Source: a virus (Duplodnaviria; Caudoviricetes). Taken from it: a stretch of DNA of 29,792 nt. The stretch covers positions 1-29,792 of IMG/VR virus record IMGVR_UViG_3300011339_000381, one strand, 5' to 3'. Positions within the stretch are counted from its first letter, which is position 1; every line of letters begins with the position of its first letter. The position numbers and the translations under genes were made by a program. The notes beneath the pieces are model-generated. The model worked only from the letters and a program-made list of their open reading frames with translations, ran no database searches and had not been told where the DNA came from. This document shows positions 18,152-25,538 of the stretch, piece after piece.

Positions 18152-19748
18152 GTGGTTTCTTCCATGCTGGTTTATTACTGTAATCTTTGATGACATATCT
18201 GTCACGCTGTGCTCTCATTCTGTCTGCTGGTGTTTTATTATCCCAGGGCTCGGCGATTCCTTGTAAGCAAGCCAACAAAGCATACCTTGCTGAGTCTATG
18301 CAATCATCGGGGTCGCTGAAACGACCTTTTTCATCTACGAAATAATTCTGTGCTTCATTAATGAAGTTGGTGCAATTCTCATTGACCATTAAACTACCTA
18401 CTTCTAACATTTGTCGCATTTGGTTGATACCATATGCTTTGTGGTTAGTAATGCGACCTTGATTGTCGGCGGGATTCATAATTGCTTTTTCATAAACATT
18501 AAGTTCGTATTGTTCGAATAGTTCTCTAATACTATTACTGCTCATAGTGTATCTTCCTTGTGTGCTGGCATCAGCAGGTAATACAATAGGAGTGCCAAAT
18601 ACTTCTGGACGAAGCAAGTGATTTATATATTGAGTGGGCACAGCCTCTTCAATTCCTTGAACAACTATTTGTCTGTGTAGAAAAGCAGTTCGTTCATATG
18701 GATCCCAATACATTAATGATATCACCGTTTTATCATTTACTAAACCCAAGTCCAGTGCTATAACTCTATGTATGTTCATCATACGAGTAAAGTCATATTC
18801 ACCAGATTTATACAATGGCCAGTTGCCCAATTGGAATACTGCGCCTTTGCCCATAACTGGTTTACCAGCAATACGGGCTTCTCGTTCATGTGGTAGATAA
18901 TCTTTTTCTAACTGTCGTCTTGTAGCGGCAAGTAGAAATGGTTCTCCCCATGGACTATACTCTGGAACATCATCCCATGACACACGAATGTATTCATAGC
19001 CTTCTTCGTTGTTCCAAAACTTACTTACAAGTCCGTTAAGACCCTTGAGCGGTGTAAACGAACATAGAACTTTACCCTGCGTGGTAGCAGTTCGCGTAAC
19101 AATCTCACTGAAAAAGTCGTCGGGTGGTTGTTCATCAAATACTGCTAGGTTAAGTTTGAAACCTTGGAGTTGGCGAACTTCCTGAGTGTAGTTAGCAAAT
19201 AGTAGATAACTATTGCTACCACTAGTATGTTTAATTTCACAGCCAATGTTATTAGCACCATCATTACGCATAGTGTCAGTGACAATGCAATTACGAGGTA
19301 TAGCACCTGTGCCAAGATTTTCTGTAATTTTAACATCCTGTGTTCCTAGTAATTCATTTTGTAATACCAATGCGACCTGACTCCAACCCTCTCCGGCTAC
19401 CATGGCAGTGATAGGTGTTGTGAATCTATAACCTTCCCACCAATCCGGATATAATCCAGTTAAGTGCATGGCAGTTTCATAACAAGTGCTAACTGTTTTA
19501 CCAACCCTGTTGGCAGCAAGTATTCCTCTACGATCACTACCACCTGTTTTGAAAAACTGCTTTTGATGTTCAAACGGTCTAAAGTATTTAAGTTGATTGA
19601 ACTTCATATCGTCGGCTACTACAATACTTAAATCCATTAACTGTGTTTTTAATGGACCAGGTATTGTTTTAATTGCTTCAATGGTTAGATCATGTTCATC
19701 TACTGCCCAACGCAATGCTCTGGACATTAATACATCATTGCCCAGCAT
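18138..19748 (-). CDS. terL: Terminase large subunit (P22 gp2-like)
   Basis: Walker A AANRVGKT, Walker B LAVFDE, SFTP coupling motif, nuclease motifs ALDLG and DDCIDSARY. Confidence 0.95.
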   Translation of the reverse strand: MLGNDVLMSRALRWAVDEHDLTIEAIKTIPGPLKTQLMDLSIVVADDMKFNQLKYFRPFEHQKQFFKTGGSDRRGILAANRVGKTVSTCYETAMHLTGLYPDWWEGYRFTTPITAMVAGEGWSQVALVLQNELLGTQDVKITENLGTGAIPRNCIVTDTMRNDGANNIGCEIKHTSGSNSYLLFANYTQEVRQLQGFKLNLAVFDEQPPDDFFSEIVTRTATTQGKVLCSFTPLKGLNGLVSKFWNNEEGYEYIRVSWDDVPEYSPWGEPFLLAATRRQLEKDYLPHEREARIAGKPVMGKGAVFQLGNWPLYKSGEYDFTRMMNIHRVIALDLGLVNDKTVISLMYWDPYERTAFLHRQIVVQGIEEAVPTQYINHLLRPEVFGTPIVLPADASTQGRYTMSSNSIRELFEQYELNVYEKAIMNPADNQGRITNHKAYGINQMRQMLEVGSLMVNENCTNFINEAQNYFVDEKGRFSDPDDCIDSARYALLACLQGIAEPWDNKTPADRMRAQRDRYVIKDYSNKPAWKKPHDPA

Positions 19749-19954
19749 TACATTTGCCTTAGTTTATTGGCTGCTAGTTTTGTTTGAAGATAATCAACAA
19801 ACTGTTCAATTTCTTCTGTGCAGAGAATCAAATGTATGTTTAGATCTTCTTCATCATCTGTGTTTAATCTAAAATGTAGTTCAAACTCGTCAGGACCAGT
19901 CCAAACTCCGCCTATGTCTACTGCGCTTGTTTCATTATGAGTTAGGTTAAACAT
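19748..19954 (-). CDS. Hypothetical acidic protein, 68 aa
   Basis: ORF track; stop overlaps the terL start. Confidence 0.7.
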   Translation of the reverse strand: MFNLTHNETSAVDIGGVWTGPDEFELHFRLNTDDEEDLNIHLILCTEEIEQFVDYLQTKLAANKLRQM

Positions 19955-20258
19955 TGTTTAATCTTTCTTTAACAGTATAAATGTCTAATATTGCTCTAGC
20001 CATGTGTGCTAGTTCGTCAGGGTGCATCTTCCAAGTAGTTGGACTGTCTAAGTCTACACCATCACGCTTGTCTAATCCTGCTTGTAAGCGTTCTGTTAAC
20101 AAGCGTAGTATGTGTTCTAATTGGCCGGGAAACTTTTCAGCAAAAGCCACTCTATGTGACGCATTGACTTTTTGCATTATCATTGTGTCACTGACTTTTG
20201 CCTGCTCAGTAGCGCGACGGATTTCTGCGTCGCGGGCTGTCATTTGTCTAAGTCCCAA
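19947..20258 (-). CDS. Hypothetical helical protein, about 100 aa (start uncertain; ATG at 20243 is plausible)
   Basis: ORF track; overlaps both neighbours. Confidence 0.7.
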   Translation of the reverse strand: MGLRQMTARDAEIRRATEQAKVSDTMIMQKVNASHRVAFAEKFPGQLEHILRLLTERLQAGLDKRDGVDLDSPTTWKMHPDELAHMARAILDIYTVKERLNNV

Positions 20259-21037
20259 ACATTGGTAAGAACATTATCACCAAGACTGATAAACTCTCTG
20301 TCAATCCATGTGTCCCATTGATTGCTGTTGTTTACTTTGAAACTCTGCATCAGCGCACGAAGTTTACGACCCTGTGGTGTTAATGTGCCATCATTGCGAA
20401 CAACTGTTTGTTCACCTGTTCTTGGATCAACCCATTTGATAATCTCAGGACGCTCACGACCATACTTGTCTAGTTTGATACCATGTGGGCGTTGATCAAT
20501 TGGTCCAACGATTTCATAACTGATTTCACCTGTTTTGTATTTGCGAAAGTATACACTTACTTTCTTATCCTGCATTCTATATTCAAAGTCAGTGTGTGGG
20601 ATAGCGTTGCTGACAAAGATGTTTTGCATTTGATTTGAGTCTGGTAAATGCTTGTCTCTGGTTGGCACTGGTTTTAATTCTTCTACTGGAACTAGTTCAG
20701 TTCTATCAATGTATGGATTGTCTCCGCCTAAGAACTTTGGGTCAACTTCTTCACCATTTAATACATCCATGGCTACTTGATACTTTAGTTTATTGGCACG
20801 ACCTTTTAAGTTTAGGACAATCCCCGTTTCATCAAATACAAATCTCTCAAGTTCTTTGGCCGTGGGAAAGTCAGTCATTAGACCTTCTAAATCAAAGTCA
20901 GCATTGCTAGTTGACTTAGGCACTATGCCAGCAACTTGTTCGGCTACTTCAATTATTTCTTCGGATGTTGGGGATGCAGATTCGTCCCAGGGATTCTCCA
21001 CCTGTGCTGTTGCAGGTGGACTTAGTTTTTTGCTCAT
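20240..21037 (-). CDS. Hypothetical protein, 265 aa
   Basis: ORF track; SD AAGGA; acidic N-terminus followed by a globular region. Confidence 0.85.
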   Translation of the reverse strand: MSKKLSPPATAQVENPWDESASPTSEEIIEVAEQVAGIVPKSTSNADFDLEGLMTDFPTAKELERFVFDETGIVLNLKGRANKLKYQVAMDVLNGEEVDPKFLGGDNPYIDRTELVPVEELKPVPTRDKHLPDSNQMQNIFVSNAIPHTDFEYRMQDKKVSVYFRKYKTGEISYEIVGPIDQRPHGIKLDKYGRERPEIIKWVDPRTGEQTVVRNDGTLTPQGRKLRALMQSFKVNNSNQWDTWIDREFISLGDNVLTNVWDLDK

Positions 21038-21063
21038 TTCTATTCCTTAATTTTCTATGCTAT

Positions 21064-21094
21064 AGTAAGACTATTGTCCTACTGTGTTATTTAG
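21064..21094 (-). promoter_or_regulatory. Late-type promoter CTAAATA followed by a 5' leader hairpin
   Basis: CTAAATA at 21094-21088, then AGUAGGAC-AAUA-GUCUUACU. Confidence 0.6.
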
Positions 21095-21240
21095 TATGGA
21101 CTGGTAGCACCTAGAGCACCTGTTCTACTATTTGTAGATCTAGGTGTGCTCTTTGGCTTAACTGGTTTGCGTGGTGCTGGTGGTTTAATCATCTTTGGCT
21201 CTTTTGCTGGGGCTTTATGCTTGGGCTTAGCCTTGGACAT
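21091..21240 (-). CDS. Lys/Pro-rich basic peptide, 49 aa (MSKAKPKHKAPAKEPK...); not in the ORF track
   Basis: Manual translation; fills the gap between two minus-strand genes; its stop lies inside TAAATA. Confidence 0.55.
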   Translation of the reverse strand: MSKAKPKHKAPAKEPKMIKPPAPRKPVKPKSTPRSTNSRTGALGATSPY

Positions 21241-21250
21241 TATGGGTTTT

Positions 21251-21670
21251 TTAGTAGGCATCAAAACTTATACCTTTACCGCCTTTGCCGCCACCCGGAG
21301 TGTATCCACCACCGCCGCCGCTACCTGGATATTGTCCGCCAGGCATTTGCATCTTTTCAATTTGACTAAATGCTTCATTCATACCATCAATACTTTTACG
21401 CATTTGTTGATAGTATTGCTGATTGTCTTGACCTTGTGGCATTTGGCCCATGGGCGGTTGTTGGTAACCTGGTTGCGGATCATCAATTTCAAGGGCTGGT
21501 CCACTCCAATAGCCAGGCTCTGGCATTTTAAATTCACCCGTTTGTGGTCCAAACAAATTATTGCCAATCACATTAGCACCAATGGTGCCTAGGTTACTGC
21601 CACCTGTCATGCGATTAACACCAGGGGCAATAACATCGTTTAACATGCCACCAAAGAATGCTGATCCCAT
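21251..21670 (-). CDS. Gly/Gln/Pro-rich hypothetical protein, 139 aa
   Basis: ORF track; tightly packed with neighbours. Confidence 0.7.
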   Translation of the reverse strand: MGSAFFGGMLNDVIAPGVNRMTGGSNLGTIGANVIGNNLFGPQTGEFKMPEPGYWSGPALEIDDPQPGYQQPPMGQMPQGQDNQQYYQQMRKSIDGMNEAFSQIEKMQMPGGQYPGSGGGGGYTPGGGKGGKGISFDAY

Positions 21671-21672
21671 GA

Positions 21673-21960
21673 TTACTTCTTATACTTACTTGGTAACTTG
21701 CTACCATTAGCAGTTGGGTTAGCAGCCTTACCTGTTTTTTCATGCAAGCCTTCTAATGCTGGATTAGTTTTACCTGCTTGTCCGCGTCCACGCATTTCAA
21801 GTGCGTCTGTGATCATACTGGCTAACTTAGACTTCTCACCTGAACTTGCGCTTTTCTCTGCTACATATGTGTCACGCTTTTTCATTGTGCCAGCATTGCC
21901 TGTAGTAGGTCCACGCTTTTGGTTAATCTCTTTGTTACCTTGTGGGTTAGTTGATTTCAT
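21673..21960 (-). CDS. Basic disordered protein, 95 aa (RGPTxGN motif)
   Basis: ORF track; SD AAGGA. Confidence 0.75.
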   Translation of the reverse strand: MKSTNPQGNKEINQKRGPTTGNAGTMKKRDTYVAEKSASSGEKSKLASMITDALEMRGRGQAGKTNPALEGLHEKTGKAANPTANGSKLPSKYKK

Positions 21961-21972
21961 TTTGTTTTCCTT

Positions 21973-22494
21973 TTATACTAATTGTATTGGTGGTAATTCT
22001 TGTAATATCACTCTTACATTTGATATTTGTGCAGGACAACTAAATGTATCGCTACCTGCTGGCGGAAATACAACTAATTTAACTTCAGTGGCTCCTGCTT
22101 CATGTGTTGGAATAAACATAGTTTGCAATGGAGTATTAACTGCGGCAATATCTCCTGAAGCAGTTGTATTTGGTAATACTGCTCCTGTAGAATCGCACCA
22201 TGCATAAGTTGCTCCTGCTACATTACAATTCAATGTTGCTGATAATATGTATGGAATATTGGCATCGTATAAATTAAATCCAGCAAATGGTTGTCCTTCA
22301 ACGGGTCCTTCTGGAATAATACTTGTGCCATTAGATTCATTAATGTTATAAAACAATACATCTGTTGCGCCGAGTCCTTGATAAAATGGAACTCCATCTA
22401 CGCCTTCTCTCCAACTATCAGTATATTCTACAGTAAATAAATTTTGTGTTTCAGTATTTGGAGTTGCTGATACAACTGCTATAATGTTTGCCAT
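21973..22494 (-). CDS. Beta-rich hypothetical protein, 173 aa, possibly a virion-surface protein
   Basis: ORF track; SD AAGGA; acidic, strand-rich composition. Confidence 0.75.
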   Translation of the reverse strand: MANIIAVVSATPNTETQNLFTVEYTDSWREGVDGVPFYQGLGATDVLFYNINESNGTSIIPEGPVEGQPFAGFNLYDANIPYILSATLNCNVAGATYAWCDSTGAVLPNTTASGDIAAVNTPLQTMFIPTHEAGATEVKLVVFPPAGSDTFSCPAQISNVRVILQELPPIQLV

Positions 22495-22506
22495 AATATT
22501 TTTCCT

Positions 22507-22842
22507 TTATCCTACTAATGTTACTGGGGTAACATATACTGCTACCGAACTGGCTGCGCTGGCTGCATAATAAACTGTTTGAAAGGCTTTACTACCTATC
22601 ACTTGAATAAATTCTGTTTGGCCTGGACCAATTACTGTGCCTGCTGTGGCCACTGATAAAACTGTTAACTGTGCGTTAAAAAACACAGGAACTGTTGCGC
22701 TGGTGTTTGTTACCTTTAAGAACAATGGTGTTTGTCCGCCACTTAAATTGCCAGTTACTTCTGCTGTAGTAACATCACCAGTTGCTGGTGTTGAATCAGC
22801 GGTTACTGTAATTACTGGACCGGCTAATTGATATGCGCTCAT
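22507..22842 (-). CDS. Small beta-sandwich protein, 111 aa, capsid decoration/spike-like
   Basis: A/T/V-rich; LKVTN....VFF...VIGPGQTEFI...VYVTP pattern. Confidence 0.55.
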   Translation of the reverse strand: MSAYQLAGPVITVTADSTPATGDVTTAEVTGNLSGGQTPLFLKVTNTSATVPVFFNAQLTVLSVATAGTVIGPGQTEFIQVIGSKAFQTVYYAASAASSVAVYVTPVTLVG

Positions 22843-23228
22843 CGTTGATTCCCTTTAGTTGGACCACGACCCATGTTGATACTGTTTTCGTTGCCCTTGT
22901 AATTTTGTGTGGCTTTTGGATCCCATGCTCTTGTAGTAGCAAAGCGTCCACCACCGCTGGTGCGAACTTGTTCACCACGATTGATGTTGTCACGCACTGA
23001 ACCTTGTGCTGGTAATGTTGGCACTACTCTAGCATCTGGATATGTTCCATTGTCATCACTTTTGTTACCAACTGTTGGTCCACGACCTTTGTTGATTAAC
23101 GCATCGCTGTTAGTTTTCATGTGATGATTGCCAGCGAATCTGTTTGTGCCGCGGCTATAACCTGGACTACTTGTTCCAGTGGCTGCGTTAAAACCAGAAG
23201 TTGCTTTTTGATCTCTTGCTTCTTTCAT
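22839..23228 (-). CDS. Basic disordered protein, 129 aa (two GRGPTxGN motifs)
   Basis: ORF track; SD AAGGA. Confidence 0.75.
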   Translation of the reverse strand: MKEARDQKATSGFNAATGTSSPGYSRGTNRFAGNHHMKTNSDALINKGRGPTVGNKSDDNGTYPDARVVPTLPAQGSVRDNINRGEQVRTSGGGRFATTRAWDPKATQNYKGNENSINMGRGPTKGNQR

Positions 23229-23262
23229 TTTAGTTTCCTTTTTTTGCTAGCCTCTTAACGGC

Positions 23263-23281
23263 ATAGTATTATTTAGCGTTT
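23263..23281 (-). promoter_or_regulatory. Late-type promoter AAACGCTAAATAATACTAT
   Basis: Third exact copy of the 19-mer; overlaps the stop of the TerS-like gene. Confidence 0.8.
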
Positions 23282-23622
23282 TCTAAGCCAGCCAATTTAG
23301 ACAATGCGTCGGCGAATGCTAGTTTTTTGGCTTCAACAGCGTCTGCGCTGTCTGTTACTTCAATCTTTGCCAATGTATTCATTACTTTGTTTAGGATCAA
23401 ATTGTGATACTTTAGCAACAACTGTTTGTCATGACTGTCTCTGGCTGCTAAAAAGTCTTGAACTAATATTGTTTCGTAGTCCTGTCCTCGAGTTTGACTT
23501 TGAACTTGTGCTAACAAACCTTCGATTGTTATGTGGCTCTTACTGCCAGGCTTACGCCCAGCACCAGGACGGGCACCGCCGTTCTTGCCTTTTTTCTTTT
23601 CTATTGTTTCTGTCTTTTCCAT
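23269..23622 (-). CDS. Putative terminase small subunit
   Basis: N-terminal GGARPGAGRKPGS motif common in TerS-like proteins; helical body and KIEVT strand; first gene of the packaging region. Confidence 0.6.
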   Translation of the reverse strand: MEKTETIEKKKGKNGGARPGAGRKPGSKSHITIEGLLAQVQSQTRGQDYETILVQDFLAARDSHDKQLLLKYHNLILNKVMNTLAKIEVTDSADAVEAKKLAFADALSKLAGLENAK

Positions 23623-23627
23623 ACTAT

Positions 23628-23656
23628 TATTTATTTGTATTTTATTAAGTTAAATA
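23628..23656. promoter_or_regulatory. Divergent pair of TAAATA elements
   Basis: Minus strand TAAATA(23633-23628)-ATAGT-ATG for the TerS-like gene; plus strand TAAATA at 23651-23656 ahead of the GNAT gene. Confidence 0.6.
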
Positions 23657-23676
23657 CTTGATTGAAAGGAATCGCA

Positions 23677-24216
23677 ATGCATTATACTTGGACAAAATGT
23701 AGCACCGCCGACAGCGGAGACTTAATGGCACTTAGCCTAATGGTTGAGTTCGAAGTCAATAAAATATTCAACTTTAATCCTAATGTTCTAGCACATAACA
23801 TCGTGTTAGGCTTGGTAAATCAATTTTATACTGGCAGTAGTGATCTTATCTGTGGCGTTAGAGACAAAGATAATAAACTAATGGCTTATACATGGGCTAA
23901 GACCGGAGAACAAACCATATGGAGCACCGAACAAGTCATGAGCATCCGCATGGCGCATGTTGATCCTACACTTAGTTCACGCACACGCATAAAATTACTA
24001 GAGGATATGTTAGATATTTGGACTCGTTTCGCACAACTAACTAACACACCTGTTATTGCCAGTAGCACATTACGCAATGAGCAACAGGCATTTCTAAAAC
24101 TACACCAACGACGCGGTTATATCATTAAAGGTAGCACCGCATACTTAAGAGTAGACTTATCACATAAGCCTACTACGCTATTTGATAACCCGACACAAGC
24201 CACTCCTGCCAATTAG
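23677..24216 (+). CDS. GNAT-family acetyltransferase-like protein; the only credible plus-strand gene
   Basis: Start re-assigned to ATG 23677 (SD GAAAGGA); GNAT-like order LMAYTWA...MAHVDPTLSSRTR...AFLKLHQRRGY. Confidence 0.7.
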   Translation: MHYTWTKCSTADSGDLMALSLMVEFEVNKIFNFNPNVLAHNIVLGLVNQFYTGSSDLICGVRDKDNKLMAYTWAKTGEQTIWSTEQVMSIRMAHVDPTLSSRTRIKLLEDMLDIWTRFAQLTNTPVIASSTLRNEQQAFLKLHQRRGYIIKGSTAYLRVDLSHKPTTLFDNPTQATPAN

Positions 24217-24280
24217 TTGATACCTAGAGTAGAAACAGGCAAAATAACTCTAGTTCTTGATGGGGTTCCGACCTGTTAAC
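24150..24280 (-). ncRNA. Candidate pseudoknotted RNA 3' of dps, antisense to the GNAT 3' end
   Basis: Four nested or crossing helices plus an 11-bp hairpin; several G-U pairs form only on the minus strand. Confidence 0.5.
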
Positions 24281-24281
24281 T

Positions 24282-24716
24282 TTAATCTTCTAATGTAGAT
24301 TTCAACATCCATATGAACTTAGCCAATGCTAAGATTCTATCCTGGGCGTAATTGGCAATCTCTTTATGTTCTTCTTCATCTGCTACTGTCATCAGTTCTT
24401 CATAGCAGTCTTTTAATGTTACTAAGTCATCATAGACTCTGCTTAACAATACATCAGCCTTACCTTCAATGATATCAGTGGTAATCTCACTGGTATCTAA
24501 TACACCATATATGTCACAGGGCATGAACTCATCTATACTGCGTAGTAATTCACCTATAACATCAATTTGATCTTGTAAATCTTCGTAGATACCGCCAAGC
24601 AATGTGTGATCACTTTGGAAATTGCGTCCCACTATGTTTACATGTGCTACATGGCTGCGAAAATACGCAACAAAGTTATCGTTGAATACTTGTGTTAGTT
24701 GTAATGCTGTGGTCAT
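24282..24716 (-). CDS. dps: Dps/ferritin-like protein
   Basis: HVAHVNIVGRNFQSDH...YE...DVIGE matches the Dps signature H..HWN..G..F...H...Y......D..AE; C-terminal KFIWMLKS. Confidence 0.9.
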   Translation of the reverse strand: MTTALQLTQVFNDNFVAYFRSHVAHVNIVGRNFQSDHTLLGGIYEDLQDQIDVIGELLRSIDEFMPCDIYGVLDTSEITTDIIEGKADVLLSRVYDDLVTLKDCYEELMTVADEEEHKEIANYAQDRILALAKFIWMLKSTLED

Positions 24717-25537
24717 TGTGCCATCCTTTTCTTTTCTTCTTCTTGTCTCTTCAAGTAATCTCTATATGCGTTGATAGCACCTGTGCCAGCACCTACTGCT
24801 GTGCCTAATATTGGGAATGGGCTTGCGGCTGCTCCAACACCGGCAATACCAGCGCCTAAGTAGTCGCCTTGCTTGGCTCTATCATATGCATCATAAGCAT
24901 TTAATACTGTGCCTGCGCCTGGTAAAACACGCCCTGCCATTTTACCAACATTACCCATCATACCTGCGCCTGGCAAGTTTTGAATCTTATTGGCAGCGGC
25001 TGCTTGCACTCTACTAGACATGCTCGCTGGCTGTGTAGCAGGATTAACTGGCCCCATTGGAGCAGTCGGAGTTGCGCCTGCCATTGATCCAGGACCGGGA
25101 ACAACTGGACCAACCTTGCCTGGCATATTGCCTGCTTGTGCTGCCATCTTAGCATCAAAGCGTTTCTGGATACCTGCTTGTCTTATTTTTTCTGCTTCTA
25201 ATTCTTTGGCTTTGCCGCTTTTATACATTGCACCAGCACCTAACGCACCGGCACCTAAACCACCTAATGCTACCTTGCCAGCATTTTCTGCCAGCACTAC
25301 AGGAGCCACAGTAGCAAGATCGCTGATTATATTACTTTCTCTTGCTCCAGTTGGAACACCTGCGGCTTCTGCTTGACTTAATGTGTCACTGGGTTTGGTA
25401 ACATCGATCTCTGGCAATGATTGATCTGTAGTCTGTGTAGGAGCATTACCTAGACTTGGTTGATTGGCAGCAAAGTCTCGGATATCATCATCTGTATATC
25501 CTGCGGCTTTTAATTTTTCAATTTGTTCTTGATTCAT
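24713..25537 (-). CDS. Putative internal virion/ejection protein, 274 aa
   Basis: LKAAGYTDDDI N-terminus; Gly/Ala-rich hydrophobic glycine-zipper segments; follows the transglycosylase gene. Confidence 0.55.
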   Translation of the reverse strand: MNQEQIEKLKAAGYTDDDIRDFAANQPSLGNAPTQTTDQSLPEIDVTKPSDTLSQAEAAGVPTGARESNIISDLATVAPVVLAENAGKVALGGLGAGALGAGAMYKSGKAKELEAEKIRQAGIQKRFDAKMAAQAGNMPGKVGPVVPGPGSMAGATPTAPMGPVNPATQPASMSSRVQAAAANKIQNLPGAGMMGNVGKMAGRVLPGAGTVLNAYDAYDRAKQGDYLGAGIAGVGAAASPFPILGTAVGAGTGAINAYRDYLKRQEEEKKRMAQ

Positions 25538-25538
25538 A

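Noticed and set aside
12740-19748. Alternative genetic code, introns or inteins in core genes
   Set aside because: TerL, portal, scaffold and capsid translate full-length in the standard code at ordinary sizes.
21146-22207. Plus-strand hydrophobic ORFs of 148 and 169 aa
   Set aside because: They lie opposite tightly packed minus-strand genes, most with SDs; the hydrophobicity mirrors Lys/Gln/Pro codons on the other strand.
24204-24253. HDV-like ribozyme reading of the pseudoknot (CUAA before the 3' helix)
   Set aside because: Only 7 nt separate the putative P2 and P1' strands, too few for P3-L3-P3', and there is no P1.1 or P4.
24255-24280. GATGGGGTTC resembling the 5' part of a fluoride riboswitch or a tRNA T-arm
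   Set aside because: The pairing partners and 3' half of the riboswitch are absent, and no cloverleaf can be built.
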